A stretch of DNA of 64,000 nt. Origin: Desulfobacterales bacterium (GTDB taxonomy: Bacteria; Desulfobacterota; Desulfobacteria; Desulfobacterales; UBA5616). The stretch is from NCBI GenBank assembly GCA_046483495.1, contig JAWODC010000001.1, positions 64,001 to 128,000 on the forward strand, given 5' to 3'. The position numbers and the translations under genes were made by a program. The notes beneath the pieces are model-generated. The model was not told the DNA's origin, ran no database searches, and worked only from the letters and a program-made list of their open reading frames with translations. Shown in pieces: positions 48,082 to 57,544 of this stretch; positions within the stretch are counted from its first letter, which is position 1, and each line of letters opens with the position of its first letter.

Positions 48082-49239
48082 CTAGGTCAACAACTCTAAA
48101 AAGGCCTGCACCCTGTTTTTCAGCTGGGCTTCGGCAACCATGGAATATTCATGCTCCAAGTACATGGCGGGCAGATTCATTTTTTCAAAATATGTTTTCA
48201 AGCCGGGCACTTCATAGCCGTGGGTATCACAATATTTCACGGATTGAAGCAATACACCGTCCACCTTCCAATCCCGGGCAAAGGTTTTTAAATATCCAAA
48301 ACGCTGCTCCAGTTCCTCTTCGAAGGTATCGGCCGATTCCCTGAAGGTACGCGGGCAAGTGATGTCCTCCAGGTAACGCTTTACAAGACCGTCCAGCGGA
48401 TCGTCGGTAACCGGAACATCGGCCCAGTAATGGCGACTGCCCACACACATGTCGTCCATAACGATGTTCGCGTCCAGGCTTTCAATCATTTCGATAAGGT
48501 TTACTTCGGTCAACGGGCTTCCCCACAGCATCAGCCGTGCGTCTTTTGCCTCGGGGCCGTCTTCTCTCGTTTTGGCTTCCGCGATAATATCCTCGAGCAT
48601 CTGCGATCCCTCTTCGATCGGCAGACACATCAGGGCGATCATAATTTTCAACGTTTCCGAACCCGAAATCAACGGCGGGTCCTCTTTTCTCAAATCATAC
48701 AACGACCGCACCAGGGCCCGCTGGCGGTTGTGCACTTCGATTTCCTGCCGCAGACGATCCTCATCCAGTTTTCTACCCGTAAACTTTTCCAACGCCTGCT
48801 TGAAGGTGATCAGCTTGTCTTTGAATTGGGAGAATGAATTCGGGCGGATCACATGAGGCATATCGATATGGTGATGAAACGGCAGATCGATTTCATGCTC
48901 CCATATGCGGCAAAACTTTTCTTCACAGTCACAGGTATGGGCCGCCGTGAAGCCGTCCAAAAAATCATATAATCCTTTTTGCGCCAAATCCAGGCTCGAC
49001 CGGATAATGGGGCAGACAATCGTGGGAATATTGGCATCCGCCTTGGTGATGGGCTCATGCATGCTCCCCTGGACTCTGAAAGGCACGAAATCCATGGCGG
49101 TAATCATCTCGAGCGGGGGATAGGAACAATAATAGCCCATTATTTTTTTGCCTTCATTTTTCAGGGCTTTCACCCGCAATCCGCGGTCATCGTATATCTC
49201 TTCAGCTTTGTTCAAGCCTTTTGGTTGTGTATAGGTCAT
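48082..49239 (-). CDS. 2-hydroxyacyl-CoA dehydratase / benzoyl-CoA reductase subunit (HgdB/BcrC/BzdN-like)
   Basis: GYYCSYPPLE, CPIIRS, HTCDC, DDMCVGSR, KYCDTH, NRVQAFLE. Confidence 0.88.
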   Translation of the reverse strand: MTYTQPKGLNKAEEIYDDRGLRVKALKNEGKKIMGYYCSYPPLEMITAMDFVPFRVQGSMHEPITKADANIPTIVCPIIRSSLDLAQKGLYDFLDGFTAAHTCDCEEKFCRIWEHEIDLPFHHHIDMPHVIRPNSFSQFKDKLITFKQALEKFTGRKLDEDRLRQEIEVHNRQRALVRSLYDLRKEDPPLISGSETLKIMIALMCLPIEEGSQMLEDIIAEAKTREDGPEAKDARLMLWGSPLTEVNLIEMIESLDANIVMDDMCVGSRHYWADVPVTDDPLDGLVKRYLEDITCPRTFRESADTFEEELEQRFGYLKTFARDWKVDGVLLQSVKYCDTHGYEVPGLKTYFEKMNLPAMYLEHEYSMVAEAQLKNRVQAFLELLT

Positions 49240-49263
49240 GCGTCAACTCCTTTTCAATTTTCT

Positions 49264-50601
49264 CTACCAGTCCAACCCTTTTTGTTTTCTCTGCTCCCGA
49301 TAATGGTCCATCGAATCTTCGAAGGCCTGGGCGTTTTCAAGCACCTCGTCCGGATCGAAAACCGAAAAATCCACGATATCGCCTTCCATGTTCATGCTTG
49401 GAATGTCCAATTCCCTCTTCAGCACGTTTGAGGCATGGGTCAACCAAAACGTGGCGGTTCTGCAGGAAAGAAGTGAATGCGTGATAAATCCATCGATTCG
49501 GTATTCTCTCGCCCAATTATAATATGCCTGAACCGGAACGATAAGGGGATAATTCTTCTGTTGCGCCTTGTGCAAATGGCCAACGCCCACCCAATAGGTC
49601 CACCGGGTCAGCCGTTCCAAAACATTATCGGTGGGTTCCATCGCCATGGGTTCGGGAGGATGGTATCCCTGGCTTTCGATGACAAAGTTCCATCCTCTAT
49701 CGGCCAGTTCCTCGAAGAAACTCAAACTGTGCCAGGGCGGCAGTTCGGCAAACATCAGTCGGTATTTTTCAGGGGTGACCGCACCGATGCCCTTGTCCAC
49801 CCGCTCCTTTACTTCATCGTAAACTTGCCGGTACAAGTCCAGCGCTTCTTTTTCGGCCGTCATGTAGTAGCCGGGTACCATCAGCGTCCAGAAATCCCTG
49901 GAATGCATGGGACAGGGATCGGCTTTCCGCATTTCATTGATTTCCCACCAGATTTGGAAAACCTTCTCCTGATTGTCCACATAGGCTTCCAGAAGGTCCA
50001 TATCTATTTTTTTGCCCAGGAGATTTTCCAGAAATTCGATAAAGCGCTCGAGTTCTCTTACTTTGTGCTGAATATTCTCCTGATGAACACCGGGTTTTAC
50101 ATCTTCACTGGTATCATACACCGGCGTATCGATGGTCCAAACAGGCACGTCGTAATATTGCCTGACTGCCTGAAACCACTTAAAGCGGGTGTCGCAGCCG
50201 ATTCCGGAACCGAGCATGAAGGTCGGCGGCGCCATTCCCCCCAACGGTGCGTCGGATGGAATCTTCCCCAGTCGTTTCATTTCTGCAACATATCCGATAT
50301 GGTTTCGGGAGTATCCGCACAAATGGGTGGGAAAACCTTCGCCGTCGCATATGGCCTGATATTTTTGCGCCATTCCGGTGGATGCGCATACTGTGCCGTA
50401 ATTTTCAGGATAAACGGGGGTCACCCCCATGGCCCGCATGACCATATCGCCTTCCCACCAATTCACCATGCTCCATGCCAAGGGACGTCCTTCAGCAGCC
50501 GCGGTAACCCCTTCACTGTACATTTTATTCACCATCGGGCGAACGATATTTCTGGAGTTTAACCGGTTAATCACCTTCTTTTTCTTCTTTTCATCCCCCA
50601 T
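49264..50601 (-). CDS. 2-hydroxyacyl-CoA dehydratase / benzoyl-CoA reductase subunit (HgdA/BcrB/BzdO-like)
   Basis: YPENY, HLCGY, CDTRFKWF, IDG...H...SCR, EGDIVD; start refined to 50601. Confidence 0.85.
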   Translation of the reverse strand: MGDEKKKKKVINRLNSRNIVRPMVNKMYSEGVTAAAEGRPLAWSMVNWWEGDMVMRAMGVTPVYPENYGTVCASTGMAQKYQAICDGEGFPTHLCGYSRNHIGYVAEMKRLGKIPSDAPLGGMAPPTFMLGSGIGCDTRFKWFQAVRQYYDVPVWTIDTPVYDTSEDVKPGVHQENIQHKVRELERFIEFLENLLGKKIDMDLLEAYVDNQEKVFQIWWEINEMRKADPCPMHSRDFWTLMVPGYYMTAEKEALDLYRQVYDEVKERVDKGIGAVTPEKYRLMFAELPPWHSLSFFEELADRGWNFVIESQGYHPPEPMAMEPTDNVLERLTRWTYWVGVGHLHKAQQKNYPLIVPVQAYYNWAREYRIDGFITHSLLSCRTATFWLTHASNVLKRELDIPSMNMEGDIVDFSVFDPDEVLENAQAFEDSMDHYREQRKQKGLDW

Positions 50602-51031
50602 TTTACGCTTCCTTTCTTCGGAAAAATATAATTTTGCCAATAATTTCTTGCGCTCATGCAAATTTATTTAGATCAATTTATTCCTGGCCTGTCAAGCATC
50701 TTCTCATGGGAACCCACGCCGGAAGTGTACCCTGCGCCGTGATGCGGGCAATTTTTTAAACCCGATCATAACCGCTTATTGCTGCATTATTTTCTATTTA
50801 CTAATGCTGTTCGATATGCTTTAATTTTGCAAAATTTCCAAGCGGCTCATATGCCCTCTGATCTTCTCACGAAAACGGCCGCGTTCGGCTTCCGGGTCTC
50901 CGTAATCCACCGCCGTGGGGTTGTATGAAGGTGAGGGGGTCGCGTCTACGTTTATGTCTTCGTGCGATCCTTATTCATCGCTCGTCTAACATTTTAATTC
51001 GTTATCGTCTTATATCAGCGGGAGGTCTTTC

Positions 51032-52360
51032 ATGAAGAAGTCTCTAGTATCCATTGTAAGGTACGAAAAACCGTATGAATCCGTTCGAAAAGCCGTGGAT
51101 TTGGCAAAAGGTCTGGATCATCTGCCAAACAAGGCAAAAGTTTTCATTAAACCAAATATCGTCTTTTGGACCATGGCGACAAAATTCCCTAAGTGGGGCG
51201 TCATCACCACGTCGAGAGTGATCGAAGATGTCGTTGTGCTGTTAAAAGAGCGCGGCATCGACGACATCACTATCGGTGAAGGAATGGTTCTTGGAAAAGC
51301 CAAAGACAAGGAAACCCCGGCCCATGCCTTTGAAACGCTCGGATACAATGTCTTGAAGAAAAAGTACGGCGTTAAAGCCATGAATGTATTCGAGGGGGAA
51401 ATGGAAAAAGTGGATCTCGGCGGCGGCGTGGAACTCACGTTTGCAGCGGAAATCCTCCACAGCGATTTCGTTGTCGACATCCCGGCCATGAAAACCCACA
51501 ACCAGACGGTTGTCAGCCTGGGCATCAAAAATCTTAAAGGCATGATCGACCTGGAATCACGAAAAATATGCCACAATGCCGACCCCAACAAGGATTTGAA
51601 TTACCACGTTGCCCGACTCGCGGATAAGATGCCGCCCATGCTGACCATTTTGGACGGCATTTACACGCTCGAAAAGGGTCCGTCCTTTGACGGCCGAATG
51701 CATCGCAGCAACTTACTGGTGGCCTCATCGGACGTGCTGTCGGCGGACATGGTCGGTGCGAAAATCCTGGGTTACGACCCCTCGGAAGTTCCCCACCTGG
51801 TCTTTGCCGCCGAAAACCGCAACCGTCCCCATGATTTATCGGATGTCGACACCGTCGGCGAAAACATCGAAGCGGTTCAGTCATTTCACAAAAGCGATTT
51901 TGAGTATGTCGATGATGAAAAAGGCTGCATGCCGTCAGCACTGACCAAAAACGGCATCGAAGGACTGTTTTACCGAAAATTCGACCTGTCCATGTGCACC
52001 TATTGCTCCGGCTTCAACGGAATGCTGCTGACCGCCATTCGAAGCGCATGGAAAGGAGAACCCTGGGACAAAGTCGAGGTCCTCACCGGCAAGCAGATGA
52101 AGCCGACTCCCGGCATGAACAAAACCATTCTGGTGGGAAAATGCATGTATGATGCCAACAAAAACAACCCCGATATCAAAGAAATGATCGCGATCAAAGG
52201 CTGTCCGCCGCAGCCCAAAAGCGCCATAAAGGCCCTTCATGAGGCCGGCATCGACGTCGATCCGACCTTCTTCGATAATTTGGATCTGGGTCCGGGCCTC
52301 TTTTTAAGCCGTTACGAGGGAAAAGCCGAATTCGATGAATCGTTTTTTCAAATCCAATAA
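51032..52360 (+). CDS. DUF362 domain Fe-S protein, paralog of 28951-30267
   Basis: VFIKPN, GVITTSRVIE, PAMKTH, LGIKNLKG, CTYC, GKC, GCPP. Confidence 0.8.
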   Translation: MKKSLVSIVRYEKPYESVRKAVDLAKGLDHLPNKAKVFIKPNIVFWTMATKFPKWGVITTSRVIEDVVVLLKERGIDDITIGEGMVLGKAKDKETPAHAFETLGYNVLKKKYGVKAMNVFEGEMEKVDLGGGVELTFAAEILHSDFVVDIPAMKTHNQTVVSLGIKNLKGMIDLESRKICHNADPNKDLNYHVARLADKMPPMLTILDGIYTLEKGPSFDGRMHRSNLLVASSDVLSADMVGAKILGYDPSEVPHLVFAAENRNRPHDLSDVDTVGENIEAVQSFHKSDFEYVDDEKGCMPSALTKNGIEGLFYRKFDLSMCTYCSGFNGMLLTAIRSAWKGEPWDKVEVLTGKQMKPTPGMNKTILVGKCMYDANKNNPDIKEMIAIKGCPPQPKSAIKALHEAGIDVDPTFFDNLDLGPGLFLSRYEGKAEFDESFFQIQ

Positions 52361-52391
52361 ACAGACCGGATGCCGAGAAAATTCCGTTTAT

Positions 52392-52423
52392 GTGAAGCCC
52401 CGGAAGGGGCTTTACGTTTTTTT
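52392..52423 (+). terminator. Rho-independent terminator
   Basis: GTGAAGCCCC-GGAA-GGGGCTTTAC followed by GTTTTTTT. Confidence 0.75.
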
Positions 52424-52473
52424 GGCACCCTTCGCCCTGCTGTTCAACGGCGATGAATCCAGGGGATACCATC

Positions 52474-53892
52474 GTGTCCAAATCCATCACTGAAGAACTG
52501 AAGCCGCTTTTCCAACCGGAGTCGATTGCGATCATCGGCGCTTCCCAGACAGAAGGCAAATGGGGAAACATGATGGTTACCCGTCCGGTTCAATCCGGTT
52601 ATCGTGGCCGCATCTATCCGATCAACCCGAATGCAAAAACCATTTACGGTCTGAAGGCGTTTCCCGGCATCCTTGAAGTTCCGGAGACTGTCGATTTGGC
52701 GATCTTCACGATTCCGGCGCCGATGGTGCCGAACGCGATGAAAGAGTGCGTCAAAAAAGGCGTCAAGGCGGGGGTCGTGATCTCCGCCGGATTCGCAGAA
52801 ACCGGGAAAACGGGTGAATCGCTTCAGCTGGAAACCGCCGACATCGCAAAATCAGGCGGCATTCGATTTATCGGTCCGAATTGCATGGGATTCTACAGCT
52901 CTTCAGTCCGGTTAAACACGGCTTTTGCCTTTATGCCCGAACCCGGAGGCATCTCATTCGTATCGCAAAGCGGAACGATGGGCGGGTATTTGCTGGAAAA
53001 CGCCAATAATAAAGGCTACGGGTTTCATTCCTTTTTGAGCGTGGGGAACCAGGCGGATCTTTCCATGGCCGATTACATCGACTATTTTGGCGACGATGAA
53101 GCCACTAAAGTCATCGTTTTGTACATCGAGGGACTGAAAGATGCACGGCGTTTCATCGAAAAGGCACGAAAAACGATCAAGAAAAAGCCGATCATCGTAT
53201 ACAAAGCAGGCCGAACCGAGAGCGGTTCCAGGGCCACCATGAGCCACACCGCCTCTATCGCCGGTTCCGATGCGGTTTTCGAATCCGCCTGCCGCCAGGT
53301 CGGCATCATCCGAACATATGATGTTATTCATGCATTCGACCTGGCGGAAGCGCTTTCAAAGCAGCCCCTCCCCCGGGGAAATCGGGTGGCCGTCGTTTCG
53401 GGCGGGGGAGGCCACTGCGTCGTGTCCACCGATGCATGCGGTGTTTACGGGCTCGACGTGCCGGAACTCGATGCGGGAACGAGCCGGCGCATCTCCAAAT
53501 TGCTGCTGCCACACGCCCCGGTGCCCAAAAATCCCATTGACATGGCGGCGGATCCGAGACCGTCCACCCTGGCCAAGATTCTGACCATCCTGGCAGAACA
53601 TCCGGGAATCGATATCATAATGGCATCTGCGCCGTTTTTTCGAAATGTATTTGAACCCAAAGTCCTGCAAAAATTCATGGACACGGTCATCACTTTGTCC
53701 GAAATTCCGCAAAAATACGGCAAACCGCTGCTCGCCATGACGCATCGCAGCCGAATGCAGGGGATTTTCTATGAGATCATGAAGAACAGGGATATCCCCT
53801 TTTATGAATTTCCCGAAGAAGCCGCTCGGGCGGCATACGGCTTGCATCGGTATTCACAAATTCGGTCCGGTTGGCTGAAAGCTGAAAGGTAA
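52474..53892 (+). CDS. ADP-forming acyl-CoA synthetase alpha subunit (CoA-binding protein)
   Basis: IAIIGAS, YPINP, SAGFAE, GPNCMG, SQSG, SHTAS phospho-His, NPIDM; GTG start with AGGGGA RBS (ORF track 52453). Confidence 0.88.
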   Translation: MSKSITEELKPLFQPESIAIIGASQTEGKWGNMMVTRPVQSGYRGRIYPINPNAKTIYGLKAFPGILEVPETVDLAIFTIPAPMVPNAMKECVKKGVKAGVVISAGFAETGKTGESLQLETADIAKSGGIRFIGPNCMGFYSSSVRLNTAFAFMPEPGGISFVSQSGTMGGYLLENANNKGYGFHSFLSVGNQADLSMADYIDYFGDDEATKVIVLYIEGLKDARRFIEKARKTIKKKPIIVYKAGRTESGSRATMSHTASIAGSDAVFESACRQVGIIRTYDVIHAFDLAEALSKQPLPRGNRVAVVSGGGGHCVVSTDACGVYGLDVPELDAGTSRRISKLLLPHAPVPKNPIDMAADPRPSTLAKILTILAEHPGIDIIMASAPFFRNVFEPKVLQKFMDTVITLSEIPQKYGKPLLAMTHRSRMQGIFYEIMKNRDIPFYEFPEEAARAAYGLHRYSQIRSGWLKAER

Positions 53893-53966
53893 AAGCTGAA
53901 AACCGGGTGGATGGTACCGGTTTATTCCGATGATTATACGACAGATTATGCTGCACTCCACCTATT

Positions 53967-55445
53967 CTATATGCCGGCCTTGTCATTGCCGTGTCGTGCG
54001 TAATAATCGGCCACCCTTCGGAGAACGGAGAATGCCTGAAGCCCGCTTTCAAATACCGGTATACCGTGGTCCGTGTAATATTTTCGGGCCGTCAGTTTCC
54101 CTTTTTCCAGCTCCAGGTGATCAGGATCGGAAGCAATATCAGGGATAATGACAACGAGCGGCTTGCCGGTGGTATTGTAAATTTCCTTTGCCGCCGGAAC
54201 AATTTTTCTGTGATACTCGAACATACTTGCATCGATTCCTTGCGTCTTTGCCTGACTGAGAAACGTGCTCAACAGATAAAACAGCAGCTGATACAGGAGC
54301 AGGAAATGAATATTTTCTTTTTCCGCCATCGATCTCATGATCGGAATGATCACTTCGGGCGGCATACCCGGATTTGCCAGATCAGCCGGATTGCCCGCAG
54401 CGCCTCCGGATGGTGGAAGCAGTGACTTCATCATAGTGACGGTTTTTGCGTCCAGCACGGGAATTTCGAACCCGAAAGCCGATGCCGCATCCAGGGCTTC
54501 TACGCACCGTAGTCCGCCGCCTGCCAAAACGCCGGCTCCTTTTCCGAAAAAAGGCCCCAGCAATTGGAAAGCCATCAAACAATCACTTACATCTTTTATG
54601 TCCGCGGCACATACCGCACCTGCCGATTGAATCGCCGCCATCCAGGTGTTTCGGGTTCCGGCCATCGATCCGGTATGCCCCACCGTGCCGCGCCGGCCCT
54701 GTTCGGAAAGCCCCCCCTTATGAATGATCACCGGTTTTTTGGCCGCGCATGACTTCAAGGCGGCAAAGAAGGCGGCGCCGTCTTTTACGCCTTCCAGGTA
54801 GGCGCCCACCACATGAGTATCCTCATCCTGTTCATAATAGCGGAGCAGATCAACCGCATCCACGTCGCACCCATTGCCGTAGCTGACCAGAACAGAAAAC
54901 CGGACGCCTCTGCCCCGGCCTATGTTGACGATGTCGCAGGCGCCGCCGCCGCTCTGTGAGATAAATCCAACCCTTCCGGCTGTCTGTGAAAAATGGACTC
55001 CGGGCAAAAGGGTCAACCCGCCGCCGGGACTGTAAATGCCGAAGCAGTTGGGTCCGATGATCCGCATACCGCTCATTTTGGCGATCCGAATCAATTCGCC
55101 CTCGAGATTCGCCCCTTCTGCGCCTGCTTCCTTAAATCCCGCAGACAGGATTTCGACGCCGCTTACCCCCATCTCCGCACATGCCGCGACTGCCGGAACG
55201 ACAAACCGGTTGGGGGTTGCGATGATCGCCAGATCGAGAGCCTCCCCCACAGAACGGATATCCGGTAATGCTTCCAGGCCCTGAACCCTTTGCTCTTTGG
55301 GGTGGATGGGATAGAGTTTTCCGGCAAAGCCGAATTCCATCAAATTCTTCAGAATTCTGCCGCCGAATTTTGTCGAATCATTTGAAGCGCCGATAACGGC
55401 GACACGACGCGGCTTGAAAATGCGGTCAAGATGATGAATGTCCAT
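53967..55445 (-). CDS. ADP-forming acyl-CoA synthetase alpha subunit-like CoA-binding protein
   Basis: VAVIGAS, SAGFKE, GPNCFG, SQSGG, GHTGS, NPADL; start 55445 or 55472. Confidence 0.85.
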   Translation of the reverse strand: MDIHHLDRIFKPRRVAVIGASNDSTKFGGRILKNLMEFGFAGKLYPIHPKEQRVQGLEALPDIRSVGEALDLAIIATPNRFVVPAVAACAEMGVSGVEILSAGFKEAGAEGANLEGELIRIAKMSGMRIIGPNCFGIYSPGGGLTLLPGVHFSQTAGRVGFISQSGGGACDIVNIGRGRGVRFSVLVSYGNGCDVDAVDLLRYYEQDEDTHVVGAYLEGVKDGAAFFAALKSCAAKKPVIIHKGGLSEQGRRGTVGHTGSMAGTRNTWMAAIQSAGAVCAADIKDVSDCLMAFQLLGPFFGKGAGVLAGGGLRCVEALDAASAFGFEIPVLDAKTVTMMKSLLPPSGGAAGNPADLANPGMPPEVIIPIMRSMAEKENIHFLLLYQLLFYLLSTFLSQAKTQGIDASMFEYHRKIVPAAKEIYNTTGKPLVVIIPDIASDPDHLELEKGKLTARKYYTDHGIPVFESGLQAFSVLRRVADYYARHGNDKAGI

Positions 55446-55478
55446 ATTCAGCTCCGGGTTGGTGTTTGTCAATGACGA

Positions 55479-56537
55479 TCACCGGTTTTCTGCGCACGCT
55501 TGTGTAGTTAGCCATTGAATCTGGTGTTTGATGTTCCGGATATCCGTTTCACCGGGGGCAAATGGAAAATTGCGGATGTTCGGGCCCGGCCTGGAATTGG
55601 CATAGGGCCTGTTGCAAGCGACACTGCCGTCTTTTCCGCTGCAGCCGCTGGTTCTAAAAGGTTCGCCGGATTCGATCATCCGATTCAGCCGGTTACCGTT
55701 TATGCCGAAATCACATATTCGGCCTTCCGGGTCGAACGCGAATCCATCCACGCGGGATGCCGCTTCATCGATTATAAACCTGGCCAATTGAATCCGCCGG
55801 TATTGGTCCATGGATGGCGGGCGGTGATCTGCCATGGCCGAGTCGGCTTCCGGGTAGAATGAAAACAGGTGCGTCCTGCCGCCCATATCACGGGAGCGCT
55901 GTATGGCCCTGCACATTTCCTGTTCCGTCTCCCCCATTCCTACGATAAAATGGGGACCGGCATTGCCGTCGCCGACCAGCGATACGGCCTGTGCAAGACA
56001 ATCCCAGTATCGCTCCCACCGATGGGGTCCGCCGACTCCACTGCCCCGGTAGCGATCGAAAAGATCTTTTGTGGCGAGGTCCACGGCTACTCCGATCTTG
56101 TCGGCGCCGGCCGCCCTGAACGCTTTTACGTCTGATTCGCTGAGGACCGTCGGTGAAACAAGAATGCTGATGGGAATCTTCGTGCGGCTTAATTGCTTGC
56201 AGATGTCGGTGGTATGGGCCACGGCACGCTTCCGGGTCACCATGGAAATGCAGATCCGCTTTACCTGGTTCTTGCGGGCTTCGATCCGGGAGATAATCTC
56301 ATCGAGCGGATAGTTCGGCCAGTCGACACGGATGAAGCTTTTGTCGACATATTCTCCCGACCGGCTTTTGGATAACCCGCAGTAGGCGCATTTTGCGATG
56401 CATCCGTCTTCGTATGTCAACAAGAGATTAATGCAGTATAGTTTTGCATTGCGATAAAACATGCCGGATTTGAATCCAAGTGTCATGGCGGCCGCCAAAC
56501 TCATCCGTGCATATTCAGGACTTTGCTTTTTCGGCAT
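55479..56537 (-). CDS. lipS2: Radical SAM lipoyl synthase subunit LipS2-like
   Basis: CIAKCAYC radical SAM motif and C-terminal TSGC....CNRP; adjacent to the LipS1-like gene and lipoate ligase. Confidence 0.72.
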   Translation of the reverse strand: MPKKQSPEYARMSLAAAMTLGFKSGMFYRNAKLYCINLLLTYEDGCIAKCAYCGLSKSRSGEYVDKSFIRVDWPNYPLDEIISRIEARKNQVKRICISMVTRKRAVAHTTDICKQLSRTKIPISILVSPTVLSESDVKAFRAAGADKIGVAVDLATKDLFDRYRGSGVGGPHRWERYWDCLAQAVSLVGDGNAGPHFIVGMGETEQEMCRAIQRSRDMGGRTHLFSFYPEADSAMADHRPPSMDQYRRIQLARFIIDEAASRVDGFAFDPEGRICDFGINGNRLNRMIESGEPFRTSGCSGKDGSVACNRPYANSRPGPNIRNFPFAPGETDIRNIKHQIQWLTTQACAENR

Positions 56538-56555
56538 CGATTTTCCTTTGCAGTA

Positions 56556-57473
56556 TTACAGGTCATCCGGAACGGAACAGCAGGTCGGCTGAAATCCAAT
56601 CCGACAGCCGGCATTCCCGGCATAAGCAACAGCCTCGTCGGACGGCAGCGCCATTCTGTCTACCCCGGCCTCGATGGCCAGAATCTCCATTTTCCGGTTG
56701 CCGCGCTCCCGGGCGCATCCCAGGCTGATTACGCTTTTGGGCAGAGCCGATCGTGTATAGGCGATAACATCGCCGACCTCCTCGGCGGTTGGCTTTCTGA
56801 ACCGCATGGAAGGTGTTCCCGGAAGTCTCATCAAGGATACGATAATGATCCGGCGAACAGCAAACCGCGAAAGGAGATCGACGGCCTTCTTCTCACCTTT
56901 CAACTTGCCGAAGTGAAGCCCGCATACGATATGAGGCGCCACCTCCAACCCCGCCCGATTAAGGGATTCCAGTGTTTTCACAATTCGTGATACGCCGTAT
57001 GGCGCATGGCAGACCTGTTTTAGTGTGTCATCTTCTCCAACCACGTCGATCAAGACCTGATCGACCCCTGCCGTCTTGAGTTCATGCGCCGTCCGATCAT
57101 CCATCATGCCCCCGTGAATGGAAATATGCAGCCGGGTTTTTTGTTTGATTTCGCGGATAGCGGGCAAAAACCTGCTCCACGGAAGCTCTCCACGGCTATT
57201 GCATCCGCCTGTCAGCAGAACCCCGGGATTTCCCTTCTCATAGAGAGTGGCGCAGCGCCGAATCAACGCTTCATTCGTTGCCGCCGGGAACATGGACTGC
57301 AGCAGTTTGCCGCGGCAATGGTCGCATTGAAGTTCACAACGATTTCCAGTAATGGAAACAGCATCGTATGCCCCGGTCATCCCGGCGTACCGGAACATGC
57401 CCGGAACATAAAATGTGATTTTTTTCAAGGCTTCCATAACCCTTTCGACCGTTGTCGAAGCATCACCGCACAT
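56556..57473 (-). CDS. lipS1: Radical SAM lipoyl synthase subunit LipS1-like
   Basis: SITG..CELQCDHC, APHIVCGL, GCAR and terminal CC motifs. Confidence 0.75.
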   Translation of the reverse strand: MCGDASTTVERVMEALKKITFYVPGMFRYAGMTGAYDAVSITGNRCELQCDHCRGKLLQSMFPAATNEALIRRCATLYEKGNPGVLLTGGCNSRGELPWSRFLPAIREIKQKTRLHISIHGGMMDDRTAHELKTAGVDQVLIDVVGEDDTLKQVCHAPYGVSRIVKTLESLNRAGLEVAPHIVCGLHFGKLKGEKKAVDLLSRFAVRRIIIVSLMRLPGTPSMRFRKPTAEEVGDVIAYTRSALPKSVISLGCARERGNRKMEILAIEAGVDRMALPSDEAVAYAGNAGCRIGFQPTCCSVPDDL

Positions 57474-57544
57474 CGATGATTCGTTTGGACCGATGGATCA
57501 GTCATGCAGACGCAATGTCAAGCGTTTGTTATAAGGATTTCGCC

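Noticed and set aside
55479..57473. Radical SAM pair as mycofactocin/RiPP maturases (prompted by the mycofactocin-type SDR)
   Set aside because: No SPASM domain or precursor peptide; motifs and the adjacent ligase fit LipS1/LipS2.
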